Part shown: positions 1 through 12,593 of the stretch, in pieces
How the letters are laid out: the number at the start of each line of letters is the position of its first letter
Numbering within the stretch: position 1 is the first letter of the stretch
NCBI RefSeq assembly: GCF_037042905.1
Contig: NC_087247.1
Coordinates: 13,330,001-13,394,000 of the forward strand
From: Lytechinus pictus
Lineage: Eukaryota
Direction of reading: 5' to 3'
Length of the DNA stretch: 64,000 nt
Program-made: the position numbers and the translations under genes
The notes under the pieces: model-generated
Database searches by the model: none
What the model was told of the DNA's origin: nothing
What the model saw: only the letters and a program-made list of their open reading frames with translations

Positions 1-647
1 TGAAATTTTCAGTGTTATGTTTGTTGGATTTTTCTCTTTTTATTCAAACCAACTTTTTGTTGGGGTGGACATGTCCTTTAATGATAATAATGTTAATATA
101 CTATTTCATATCATTTTTCATTGTGTTTTTAAAGTGTGAAAATAATTGAATAATTTCTTTGATTGAATTATTTTGGGGGTCAAGTCATTGCTGTTAAAGA
201 AAATTGGTTAAAAGTCAATTTTCCTCAATAAAAGATGATTTGAATTTGTAAACAAAAATCCAAGAAAACAGAGTGATTTTTTTATTTTTTTTGGGGGGTG
301 GTATTTTTGGCATTTTGACAAGAAAGAGTCACAACCTGACAGCCACACATGTGCATCATGTTAACTGAGACAACAGAGTTGGCAAAATGGCCACTCTAAA
401 GGTCACCTACACAGATAAGCTCATGTGGGACAGTGTATTATTATTGCTTGTAAGAAGACCTAAAATCTGGGTGGAATGCCATGCTGATTTGGCCAGTTTC
501 TCTGCAATTGAAACATTTTCAGAATCATGTGGCACACAATTTTTATACATACAAACACTTGGATATTCATTTTACTGGATTCTGCTTGAAATCAATTTTA
601 GATTTTAACCACAACTGGTATTTATTCATTTCTCTCCTGTCCTGCAG

Positions 648-2141
648 CTGGTGTATTCTGTGCTGTCGTATCCCACCCTGCTGACACCGTCGTTTCCAAG
701 CTGAACCAAGACAGGGGAAGCACTGCCATTGAGGCTGCAAAGAAACTCGGCATGGCTGGTAAGTTACATTTTACTCCTGTAGTTGGGATAGGAGTACTCA
801 ATCCCATTTTATTTTTTCAAGTCTCTTCTGTGAAATCCATGAAATTTGGAATATGGTATATGTTTTGAGAGAAACACACTTCCTTAGATCCGCTTCCAGG
901 GTGGCGTTCTTCATCTTGTACACACGCTACACACCCATCTCTCACTTGACATGGAGGCACCCTGGTTCTTTGGTGTCCTTTCTACTGCGCGTGAAGCATC
1001 CATCGTGATTCAAGTGAATCCCTTGCATGTTTCCTGTATCGGTGGATCATGGACACCTTAGTTCCATTGGTGCTTATGTGTCTTGTTATTGTATGGCTGT
1101 GTCAGTGTTTTGTGCAAGGTGTTGTAGCCACCCAGCAACGCTACAACGTTGTGTACCATTGGAAGTGCTTGAGTCATTGGTGTGTGAGATCGATATACCT
1201 CCAGTAGGAGCACTCTGTCAATCTTGTTTGATGCTAACAAGTTTGCTGCTCTTGATGGGGACATTATTCTATTCACTTTGGATGTATGATTATCTTATGA
1301 CAACTCAGGTCCAATTTGTAAAGAATTACCACTATTGATACTTTGGCACCATTATTGTAACTTCCAGAGAAACCTTGATTGTGATTGGCTCAAGGTCTGT
1401 TACCATGGTAGTTGCCATAATGGCAAAGTTACCTTAGTTTAACTCTATGAAATGGGCTCAGGTTCATTTGCTGGAGAAATGGTATAGTAAACACTTCTCT
1501 TCATCAATCTTCATATATACCAAGGACGGCCCGGCTGTGGAATTCACTTCCCGCCAACACATTCCCTTTAGCTCCCAACATGGACAGATTAAATAATAGT
1601 GTTAATACATATGTAATTAGCTTGATGTAAAACCTTGTACTTTTGATGTAATTATGGTTTATTAAGTGGCAGTCATGGGCCACTTTTCATCATTTTATGA
1701 TGGCAACATCAGGCCCAAAGAACATTAAAAAAAAAAAGTGGGAGCTATACTTTCAGGTATTTGCTTGTTATCAAGTTCTATGGCAATGACTAAGTACATT
1801 GGAATCCAGTTGTATGGACCTTATTCAACCAAATTCCTATTTTATGCTGATTTAATATTTCCTTGTAATCATCATGAAGTACTCACGGTCAAGTGTGTCA
1901 TTTTGAAACGAAGATTACTATGATCAGTGTATTGATAATGTGCAATTCAATTAATTTTTTTTATCTTATCTGTCTAGGTTTATGGAAGGGCTTGGCGCCA
2001 CGTATCATCATGATCGGTACCCTGACCGCCCTGCAGTGGTTCATCTACGACTCTGTCAAGGTCTTCTTCCGTATGCCCCGCCCACCCCCACCAGAGATGC
2101 CTGCTAGCCTCAAGGCCAAGCTTGATGCCAAGAATCAATAA
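648..2141 (+). CDS. SLC25A3: Mitochondrial phosphate carrier, last two coding exons (648-758, 1978-2141); the 5' part lies upstream of the window
   Basis: Spliced translation [37 protein letters not shown]|[54 protein letters not shown] is the characteristic PiC C-terminus. Splice sites are cag|648, 758|gtaag and tag|1978, and the phases match. Confidence 0.96.
873..1266 (+). ncRNA. SNORA53: Intronic box H/ACA snoRNA, probable SNORA53 orthologue (expanded)
   Basis: Lies in an SLC25A3 intron, the known host gene of vertebrate SNORA53. Blocks CTTCCTTAGATCC, CCAGCAAC and GTGCTTGAGTCATTGG..ATATACCT match the human RNA as I recall it. Basal stem ACACAC(874-879)/GTGTGT(1180-1185). The 3' hairpin (1198-1260) is followed by ACA(1261-1263)+3 nt. 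The H box is degenerate (AGATCG). Confidence 0.82.
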
Positions 2142-3386
2142 ACAGATATCATATGGACCATCCTCAAACAAAATAGCATTAAGTAATACAAATTTACCGA
2201 ATATGTTTAGGAGGCATACTATCTTATTGGAACACTAACTTGTTATATTTCTGTCTGGTTTAGTACCATTTAAAACTAAAAAAATCCTTGTCATTTGTTA
2301 ATAACAAAATATACTATTGAAAACAAAAAGCAATATCATCAGGTTTAAGTATTGCTCAACATTTATTTTGAAAAAGGACGATTTTTAAAGTGATATCACG
2401 TTATACAATATGAAAGGGAAAAAATATAATATATATATGTATTACTTGTATATCATGGGTATTATGACTATAATATTGGGTGTTATCATCCACGGGTATT
2501 TGGATGAGTACACCTAATATTAAATAAAGACAAGGTCTTATATCACATTTATGCATATTGTGAGACATTCTATGTGATGAATAAATGGCATCATGCATTT
2601 TCACGATCTCTAGTAAACTTCTACATGTATTCATATGATCACTTTGTATTTATCATCAGCTCATAGGATGGATATTATTCTTAGATATTAGAATGAATAA
2701 TTGATTTGATCACATTTTACATAATCTTGCAACATTTAGCTGAAATCAAACTTGATAACAGTAGATTGATTCAATAAGAATTAATATTCCTACAATCAAA
2801 AGGAAAGCGAAAGTGTGCCCGTGTGGGGCACTTTTTTAATGTAGAATAAACCAGAAAATGTCTGTCTATTTTTATAGAGAATGTTATATAAAGACCCAGA
2901 AAGAGTTTTGTGAAATATGCTTAAAATACCACAAATTGTCTTGTATTGCTGTGAATACCCATGAAATGCTAGTTATTCCACAAGAAGACAAGACTAGTGT
3001 GATAGTAAGGAGAGAAAGAAATTAAATTTTGCTTATAATGATCTTTGTGATAATTGTGTAATTTGCAGTGGTGATGATAGTGAATGTTTGAACCTCTCTG
3101 CACAATCTGTGGAACAGTGAATGTGTGTCTGTCTGAAAATATGCATAAATAAATCGACCACATGGTCATTCTTGAAGAACCATATTCCTTGTTCAAATCA
3201 TTGTTTATATTCCAAGTCAACCTTGTGTAATCCAAAGTTAAGTTAATGCATTGGCTTGATATGTTTTTGTTAGCATTATTATAATCAATTTTTAAACATC
3301 GATGTTGGTCATATTGATTCATCCATGAAGTTGTGCCAAGCTAAGCCATAGAATGAATATCTTTATTATGGGTCGGTAGATTTATT

Positions 3387-3863
3387 GGTAAATTGCCAAT
3401 TCGTCTACTGCCAACTTGTCCACTCGCCACATGATCTACTTTCATTTTGTCTAATGCCATTTCGTCCATTCATCACTACGTTTAATCACCAGTTTGTTTA
3501 TGACTATTCGTCTCATAACCAGTTGATCTAATATCCATTTTATTTTCTTCATTTCGTCCAATTAACAGTCTATTTAGAACAAATGGTACATGGTGGGTGT
3601 TTCATAAAGGTGTTCGTAAGTTAAGAACGACCGGTGAACCTTCCTTACGTGCTAAATAATCACCAATGAACATTTAATTTACCACAAGAAAGGATCACCA
3701 GTCGTTCTTAAAGTCGACTAAATGGCTATTGGACCAACTACTCTGGTTATTAACGAAATGGCAATTAGATCATATGGATAATGGACGAACTGGTGGTAGA
3801 CCAAATGATAGTAGACAAGTTGGTAATTGGACCAATTGGCATTAGACCAATTGAAAGTAAACC
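3387..3863. mobile_element. Miniature foldback-type DNA element (GGT...ACC termini, 8-bp TSD) with a nested MITE fragment at ~3591-3717
   Basis: GATTTATT is duplicated at 3379-3386 and 3864-3871. The arms are degenerate ~15-bp repeats in inverted orientation. Confidence 0.7.
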
Positions 3864-4071
3864 GATTTATTAAAGGGGTACTGTAGTTTGAAAGATGGTT
3901 TATAGATAAACTAAAATGAGATGGACAAAATACTGACAACTTTCATTGAAAATGGGACAAAATTATGACATTTCAAATGTTTGCATTATTTTGGTGAAAC
4001 AAAAGTTATTTCCTCAAAAAGAAAAAATGACTTCTGATTTAATTTGTAAAATAATCACTGCTGCAACTTAA

Positions 4072-4368
4072 TGGCCCGTATTCTGAAGTCAGGTTTAAAG
4101 TTGTGGTTTAAGTATGGACAGCCAAACGTATCAATTTTTTTTATCAAGTTGTACGTTTCTTATGTTTGCTGTGCTCTTTCCTGATTCATCGATGGTGAAG
4201 ACAGTAATCTATATATACTTCCTAGACAATTATGAATGATTTGAGAGCCAAATGAGCTGAAATATTATATCCCTACTGTTAGTGATTTATGTAACAATTG
4301 GCTGTCCATACTTAAACCACAACTTTAAACCTGAGTTTAAGTTAAACCCGACTTCAGAATACGGGCCA
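4072..4368. mobile_element. Palindromic MITE
   Basis: TIR TGGCCCGTATTCTGAAGTC / GACTTCAGAATACGGGCCA plus long internal inverted arms. Decayed relatives at ~22935-23232 and ~28555-28845. Confidence 0.75.
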
Positions 4369-4933
4369 TTTTGTTCAAGGAGACATATACACATTAATAT
4401 GAAATAAGTATGATTTCATTCAAAAACTTTAAAAAAAATATTAGTATAAGTCCTGAAGGATATATTGGTCAAAATTCTCGGTAGTCGCCCGTAGCATGTT
4501 TTTTCCATTTTTATATTTAACAGGCGCCAAGAAGAACACCCCTTTGCTTGCCATTTTGGGCAACCCCAAAATGGCTGCAGGGCGAAAAAAAAAATCGTAT
4601 ATTCCAATTTGAACACTTTGTCCTACTACTCATCCTGTTTTAAAGTTGGTTTCAATAAAAGTCCCCAAAACAAACGAACAAAAAAAAAATTATATAAAGC
4701 TTTTGATGGATTAACATGGAAATTTAAGTATTCTTTTTTTATTTCACGTGTGAGCAGCTCCCCCTATGTGTCATGTGATGTAAATTCCATAAAATGCAAT
4801 ATTCTCAGAAAAATGAACTTATATTTTTGCCTGTTATTTTGTATAGAATGTGGGAACGGTCCCCAAAACACAAAGTGCATAGCTCTTTAATTGATAGTAG
4901 GCCAAAAGCAGGTGGTTATAATTCCGGTGACCC

Positions 4934-5530
4934 GACAATTGCTCCGCCGACATCTGCTCCGCCGACAATTGCTACGCAAAATAAGACAGTTGCTCCGCCG
5001 ACAATTGCTCCGGACAATTGCTGCGCCGACAATTGCTCCGTCGACACTTGCTCCGCCGATATGTGCTCCGTCGACACTTGCTCCGCCGATATTTGCTCCG
5101 CCGATATTTGCTCCGCCGACATGTGCTCCGCCGACATCTGCTCCGCCGAAAATTGCTCCGCCGACAATTGCTCCGCCGATAATTGCTCCGCCGACATCTG
5201 CTCCGATTATACGACAATTGCTCCGCCGAAAATTGCTCCGATTATACGACTATTGCTCCGCCGACATGTGCTCCGCCGACATCTGCTCCGCCGAAAATTG
5301 CTCCGCCGACAATTGCTCCGCCGATAATTGCTCCGCCGACATCTGCTCCGATTATACGACAATTGCTCCGCCGAAAATTGCTCCGATTATACGACTATTG
5401 CTCCGCGACAATTGCTCCGCCGATATTTGCTTCGCCGAAAATTGATCCGATTATACGACAATTGCTCCTCGACAATTGCTCCGCCGATATTTGCTCCGCC
5501 GACATCTGCTCCGATTATACGACAATTGCA
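4934..5530 (+). repeat. 15-bp tandem array (left arm of the foldback element)
   Basis: Consensus ttgctccgccgacaa. It produces the spurious TIAPP/CSAD/LLRRQ ORFs. Confidence 0.92.
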
Positions 5531-8417
5531 TGAACATCTTATTTCTCCAAGTTGGTCTATGTTAAATGATAAGAAATTCATCCTGATACAAATTGTTTTG
5601 TTCTTGTTATTCGTTAATGTTTTATTTATTTTATTCTCCCCCTATCATCACAGCTTTCTGCTTAAAAAACAAAACAAATTGTTCTCCCTGCCGCTGCCAC
5701 TTGACAAATTGTAACAGAGAAGGGGAATGACACACTCCCCATTGAAATTGTGAATCTGGATTTTTGTTCATAAATTATTATCATTGGTTTCACTCCGGTC
5801 TTGAGCGGGGAGAGAATTTGGGGGGGGGGGTGCTGGACACAATATCTCTTCTGCTTTCCAGCAACTTATACACCATACATTCGCGCGGGCTCTCTCTCTC
5901 TCTCTCTTTCTCGTTTTGTTCTTTCACGTTGTTTATTTTTATTGGTGACCGCTTGATTTATTGTATATTTATCAGTATTATAATTATTAATATTTGTATC
6001 AATAATTTTTATTTACGTCTTCGGCCTTATCTACCCTTGCACTTTTTTTCCTTCAATTTGTTTCAAACGAAAGTATGATCATCACTGGCGTACAGATGGG
6101 GGAGGGGCGTGCTAGGGGTCACGGATCCCCCCATTCTCCCTGCCAATGAAAAAAAAAGAATAAAGGAAAGGAAAATAAATGTCATCCTTGTTTCGCCCCC
6201 TCCATTTGTTGTTGTTGGCTCATTACGCTACTGGTGAGTTACTATAAAACTAGACTTCGGTTGTATTTTTGTTCTATTCTGTGCAAAGCGACAATATAAA
6301 TATATTATAATAAATTAATATATGTATGTATCTCTCTCATTACGTCTAAACAAATAATGTTCTTTTTAAAAGACAATAATATATATACCAGCAATAATGT
6401 AGTTACAAATTCATGAAACCCAATACGCATCTCACTGAATTTATAATGCGAGCACAAAGCACGAGCTGTTATTGACATGGAAAGGGGACATTTATACGCC
6501 TTTTTTAAATTGTAAACATGAAGCATATCTCGGGGGGGGGGGGTATCTCGTAAAATAAATGAGAGCACGATGCGTTAATTTAATATTTTGGATATATTTA
6601 CCAGAGTTACAATTCTATATATTTCTTTTTCTTTGTGTTATTTCTTTCGACAAACTGTAATTGAAGTATTGAAGAGTATATAGGCTGTTATGCCTGCTGA
6701 TCATGATAGAATGTGGATTATTTTGCTGATTCATTAGATCTTAACATTTGTTCTTTAAATTGGGTAATTTGGGTACATGTTAGAAACACAGGCATTGTGC
6801 ATTCAGATGCACATTGTGGAAATGAGATTCAGTATTCCTTGCAGCTAAGAAAGGTTTTGAAAATGACACTACTCTCAATTACATGTATACTGTGTCCATA
6901 GTTGCGAGTGTGTGAAAATGAAGGTGCTTGCAGTCATTAAAGTGTAATTTTGGTTGGAAAACGTTAATAAAACTGTCGAGAACGTACAGTCTTCATGATT
7001 GCATTTATCTCATGTTCTGATCAGTAAATCAAATAAAAAATTATAATGACAAGAACTTGTTAAGTTTATCCTTCTATTTCAATCCCATGATTAAACAGAA
7101 ATCGCGATAGTCAGAAATAATAAGTCATACACCTCCTTTTTTCCTCAAGCTCTCACTCACTCCCCCTCTTTCTCTCTTTCTCTCTCTCTTTCCCTCCATA
7201 ACCCTTTTCACAATCATCTTTGTTTGATTTCCGCATAAGCAAAACGACGACGACAATGATAATGATGGTGATGATGAAGATGCTGATAATGATGCTGATG
7301 AAGATAATGGTGGTACAATGATAATGATAATAAGTACATGAACACACGTTTTCTTCTCATATAGTTCATTCTTGGAAAATAAATAGGCGGCCATATACAC
7401 ATGAAGGTATATCATTTATAGAAGAAAATCTTGTTTGATTTATTTTTTTTTATTTTTTGAAACTACGTGTAAAATTATATCCCCCATCAACAACAAATTG
7501 TTACTTACATTATAACATCATAATGAATATAATTCGACTATTGGCGGACCATATTTAGATTTAGATTAAGATTTATTCATTTTCCGTTCACAAAGCACAA
7601 CAAAATCAAAGTAACAATACATAGTCAAATTTAAAGTACAATATCAATCGGTATAATGCATAAGAATTAGAACGTATAAACAATGAGAACTAATGCGAAC
7701 TAAAGTAACCTTGACTAATAACTATATAAAACAGAACATATGGATTTTATTTTTGGATTATTAAAAAAAATTTAATTATCCTTTTTCTATCAGTGAAGAA
7801 AACAATCATGATCAACATAAAACAAAAAAGCAACTCACTATTATATACAGTATTATCATAATCTAAAAACCTACGGTGTGTATGACATGATGTGGAAGTG
7901 GAGACCAGACTGAGAGCACTGTGTGTACGAGAGGATATGGAAACCAGAGTGGAGGGGTGTGCCGAGAAGGTGACACGACATGTAGCCTTTCACAAGTTGG
8001 TATTTTCTTGAATATTAATTTTTACTTACTGAATGTCTTGGTCATGTTTGTATGGCACAAAATTTGCCGACAGTAAACATTTTGCGTGACTACAGTACAG
8101 GTTTTCGACAAAATAAGGTGGGGTATACCGTTGAATTTCACCTGGAGCAAATGTCTCCACTTCGGAGCATATTTCGCCAGTCTGAGCGATTTTGACGCTA
8201 AGAATGGGGTATGTCTAATTTGTTTCTACTGTTATAACATGGAGCTATATGGTTATAATAATTACATGAAAACGCGTTTTTTTTTGCATTTTAATCGCCA
8301 GGCACGTAATAAAACTTACACAAATGCTCCCCCCCCCCACCATGAATAAGCATTAAGAATATCTATCCCTCCTTTGTGCTTACCCCTTTTTTTCTATTTC
8401 TTTCTATATGCATGTAT

Positions 8418-8567
8418 CAGGGGCCGCGGAGCCGGGGGGCTTTATTCCCCAATTTTCCAAAGCCGTGTACAAAAAACGTAAGAATGACCATATGATTGTG
8501 ATTTTTAGCATGGACAGCCCCCACTTTTGACTCAGCCCTCACTTTGAAAACCGTTCCGCGGCCCCTG
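8418..8567. mobile_element. GC-rich MITE, CAGGGGCCGCGGA TIR, 5-bp TSD
   Basis: TIR CAGGGGCCGCGGA/TCCGCGGCCCCTG; TGTAT is duplicated on both sides. Same family as 19837-20010, in opposite orientation. Confidence 0.8.
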
Positions 8568-8711
8568 TGTATGACATTTAATATATCATGCAAGCATAGT
8601 TTAAGTTTACTTTGTAAATTCATGGAGCTATGCTCCATGGTAAATTGACGCCTTCAGCCTGTGCTAAAATTGTTATGCGTATGAAAGTACGAATAAAAAA
8701 ATAAATAAATA

Positions 8712-9190
8712 ATTGTCGCATTATCGGAGCAATTTACGGCGGAGCAGATGTCGGCGGAGCAATTATCGGCGGAGCAATTGTCGTGGAGCAATTGTCGTAT
8801 AATCGGAGCAATTTTCGGCGGAGCAAATATCGGCGGAGCAATTGTCGTATAATCGGAGCAGATGTCGGCGGAGCAATTATCGGCGGAGCAAATATCGGCG
8901 GAGCAATTGTCGTATAATCGGAGCAGATGTCGGCGGAGCAATTATCGGCGGAGCAATTGTCGGCGGAGCAATTTTCGGCGGAGCACATGTCGGCGGAGCA
9001 CATGTCGGCGGAGCAAATATCGGCGGAGCAAATATCGGCGGAGCAAGTGTCGACGGAGCACATATCGGCGGAGCAAGTGTCGACGGAGCAACTGTCGGCG
9101 GAGCAACTGTCCGGAGCAATTGTCGGCGGAGCAGTTGTCGTATTTTGCGTAGCAATTGTCGGCGGAGCAAATATCGGCGGAGCAATTGTC
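8712..9190 (-). repeat. 15-bp tandem array (right arm of the foldback element)
   Basis: Reverse complement of the left array. Confidence 0.92.
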
Positions 9191-9639
9191 ATGGAACCAT
9201 AATTCCTAGGCTTCTATGGGATTCCTTTTCCCCCTTTTGTTATGTCATGGTAGAGTGAATCTCTACTCAGTCGATTGGGAAATGGGCACCTTGGAAAATG
9301 CATGCAAACAGCTTTAGAGGCGCAATTTTCATTGCAAGAGCTTTTGATGAGCTGATCGGTGGAGCTGTAAGATTTGGAAGCAGTATAATCCATACTCTTG
9401 ATCAGGACAGGCATTGGATGAGAGCATGTGGTTAGAGTGAGCAGAACTTTTCCAGTCAGACTGCCGGTAAGTTGTTTTGTCGTTTGGAGTAATAAACCAA
9501 AAGACTGGTTTAGAAATAAAAAAAAAGAAGAATGATTTTTATTATCATGAGTCACTAAGAAATAGTTAAAATATTAGTAATGATCGTGCAGGCGGGAATC
9601 CATGGGGGCCGAGAGGCACCTTGCCCCCCCCCCCCCCCC

Positions 9640-10310
9640 GAATAAAGGGGGAGAATGGGAAAGAAGGGGGAATGGGGCAAAAAATGAATAGGTAAAAAAT
9701 AGAGGAAAGACAATTGAAAAGAGAGAGAATGAAGAAGATGAAAAGATAGATGAGAAGACAAAGAGGGAGGGAGAGAGGGAAGAGAACGTGAGGAATGGAA
9801 AGGGAGATGAAAATGGAAAAAAGGGGAATAGAAAGAGATGGAAAGGGGAGATAGGTGGGAGAAGGAAAGGGAAAGAATGGAAAAGGAGTGGGAAAATAAA
9901 AGGAAGGGAAAATGATAAAGGACAATTAGGGGGAAGAAAAGAAAAGAAGGGGGAAGGAAAGAGAATGACAGATAGAAAAAGGAGGAAAAAAGCGGAAAAG
10001 GTGAGAGGAAGGAAAGAGAAGTTAAGAGAGAAGCTAAAAGGAGGGAAGAAAGAATTAATTCAAAAAGAGAAAAAAAAATGAAGAAAATAATGGAAAGGGG
10101 GAGGAAGGAGAGAGAGAGAGAAAAGACGAAAATATAGGGTATGGAGAGGGGAAAGAGGAAAAGGGAAAGGAGTAGAAGCAAAGGAATGGAGAATGAGAAG
10201 TGAAATACATGGTATAAAAAGAGGAAGACAGAGAGAGCAAAAACAAAGGTAAAATGAAACGGAGAAGGAGAATAAAAGCCCAAAAGAAGGGGAAAACTGA
10301 AATTAAAAGG
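9640..10310. repeat. Polypurine (GA-rich) low-complexity tract
   Basis: Almost all A/G on the + strand; gives spurious F/L/S-rich ORFs on the - strand. Confidence 0.85.
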
Positions 10311-11284
10311 GGCTGACTCTGCTCTTCAACGTTGGTTGATAAGCGTGGGTGTTTATTTTTATATATCATGTAACTCACTAAGGTGACAGATGTGAGCGCG
10401 AGCTTATATTTTCAGATGTCATATTTTGATGCAACTTATGAGTGGTTTTCTTATTATTTCCATATAATCCCTGAAAACGGTAAAATGTGTAATACTGAAA
10501 ATGAAAAGATCTCCGGAATATGTCTCATCAAAGTGGCACAAGAGTGACTATATTTTTTGTGTACTATATATAGACAAAACAATAATATATAACGTACTGC
10601 CTACCGCCCTCTTTCAAATTTAGCACCTGTGTGATGTTTTCATCTGCATACATCTTTTTGAAAAGGATTCTATTATTACAGAGGACTGGGTGAATAGACA
10701 ACTTTTAGTGCTTATATCGATTCATTATCCTCTGACCACTGAAGCGAACAACTCAAACAGAGTAAGTGTACTGTTATCTCGGTTACCACGACGCAGTGAC
10801 GCACTGTAGCAAATATAGGCCTTCTCACTCTCTCGGACGTAAGGTGACCATCAGCTCTCAAGATTTATGTATATGAGGCCTATATGGATTAAGTAGTGGA
10901 ATAGACTGCAAAAAGGAGTAGTTGGAAAGGATTTGACAATGTAAGTATCTATAACATTTTTTATTATATGAAGTATATTAAATAATAATGTCCCCGATAG
11001 TTGTGTATTCAGAATGATGGACAGATGGAGAAATTGCCAACTCAGTAATATTTGATTTCTTGGATTTATATGCACCATGTCTGCCACAGATCATAGACCA
11101 AAAGTATTATTGATGGTAGCTAGTGGAAACCATGTTTAATCTTTCCAGTCATGAACAATTTCACAATATCTGAAATAGCCTACTAGAACTATGCTCCGTT
11201 TTCTTTTAAAATGTATTTTATGTTTTAATGGTATGCTTTTACCACTGGTGATACTTCTATTAAACGGCAATCAAACCTATTTGT

Positions 11285-11292
11285 AGACAGAT

Positions 11293-11323
<31 letters not shown>

Positions 11324-11485
11324 TAGATCAATAGAAAGAACGAAAGATAGATAGATCAATAGAAAGAACGAAAGATAGATAGAATGAAATATAGATAGAT
11401 AGATACATAGATAGATAGATACTTAGATAGATAGATCAATAGAAAGAACGAAAGAAAGATAGATAGATAGATCAATAGAAAGAAC

Positions 11486-11523
<38 letters not shown>

Positions 11524-11960
11524 ATGAAATATAGATAGATAGATATATACATAGATAGATATATAGATAGATAGATAGATAGATAGATACTTAGATAGAT
11601 AGATCAATAGAAAGAACGAAAGAAAGAAAGATAGATAGATCAATAGAAAGAACGAAAGATAGATAGATAGATAGAATGAAATATAGATAGATACATAGAT
11701 ACATAGATAGATATATATAGATAGATCGATTGATAGATATAGATACTTGGAAAGATAAATCAATCAAAAGAACGAAAGAAAGAAAGAAAGTTAGATAGAT
11801 CAATAGAAAGAACGATAGATAGATAGATAGAACGAAATATAGATAGATAGATAGATCAATAGAAAGAACCAAAGAAAGAAAGATAGATATATAGATAGAT
11901 AGATAGATAGATACTTAGATAGATAGATAGATTGATGGATGGATGGATAGAGATATATAG
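11285..11960. repeat. Compound (GATA)n/(GAAA)n microsatellite with higher-order units
   Basis: Recurring atag/agat units interleaved with caatagaaagaacgaaag. Confidence 0.92.
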
Positions 11961-12593
11961 TTTTTCTTTACTCTAACAATGGAATGTTATGAAAGACATG
12001 GATGTAATCATAATGTCAATGGACACGAGTCAATCGAAAGAATGAACCTATTTGTTTTTGGATGAAGAGAATTTCAGATTATCGAACCATATTTCATTTT
12101 CAGAATAAAACATTCCGATTAACGAAACTTCGGACTAATGAACCTTTCAAGACTTAATTCGGAATCGGTTTATGAAAGATAATTGTTTCCGTGTCCCATA
12201 TGCCTGTTCGTATAAATAATGGCATAGTATAATATTACACGACCCTGGGAAGCGGGGGGGTTATTGGGATGCTGGGGGCGCTTCTGAAGCACCCCAGGAT
12301 TTCTGGGATGCTGCGAATGACCTTCAATTTGGTGCGATGTCCCTTTTTCCTTGCCTTTCAAGTGTCCTTTCAAACCAGCACCCCCCGTTCGAAAAACGTT
12401 CCCACTTCCCAGGCCCCTAAACATATATAGGCCTATCCATGTTTATACTTTTTTTCGAAAACATATTACCTCTATGCCTAGCCTATATACTCCCGTCTAT
12501 GCTTGAGAATGTTCTTATTTTTTTCTAATTTGCTTTTCTTATGTTTCCTTTCATTTTTGTTAAGCTGGTTGTGATCATAGTGTGCTTTAAACA

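Larger units (their letters stand above)
4926..9198. mobile_element. TU-like foldback transposon (4.27 kb, non-autonomous) with TIRs made of 15-bp tandem repeats
   Basis: Arrays of (ttgctccgccgacaa)n at 4934-5530 (+) and ~8712-9190 (-) carry the same ordered variants. Termini are GGT...ACC, with a perfect 8-bp TSD ATAATTCC (4918-4925, 9199-9206). No transposase ORF inside. Confidence 0.88.

Noticed and set aside
4794-9258. Cys-rich and Pro-rich repetitive ORFs (CSAD/TIAPP/SAEQL) and a CRISPR-like look
   Set aside because: All frames are open because of a stop-free 15-bp unit. There are no unique spacers and no cas genes, and the arrays are transposon arms.
9210-9470. Exon-like segment ending in a GTAAGT donor
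   Set aside because: No recognisable protein in any frame, stops are present and no partner exons were found.
9555-11872. Hydrophobic 'membrane protein' ORFs
   Set aside because: These are translations of polypurine and (GATA)n tracts.
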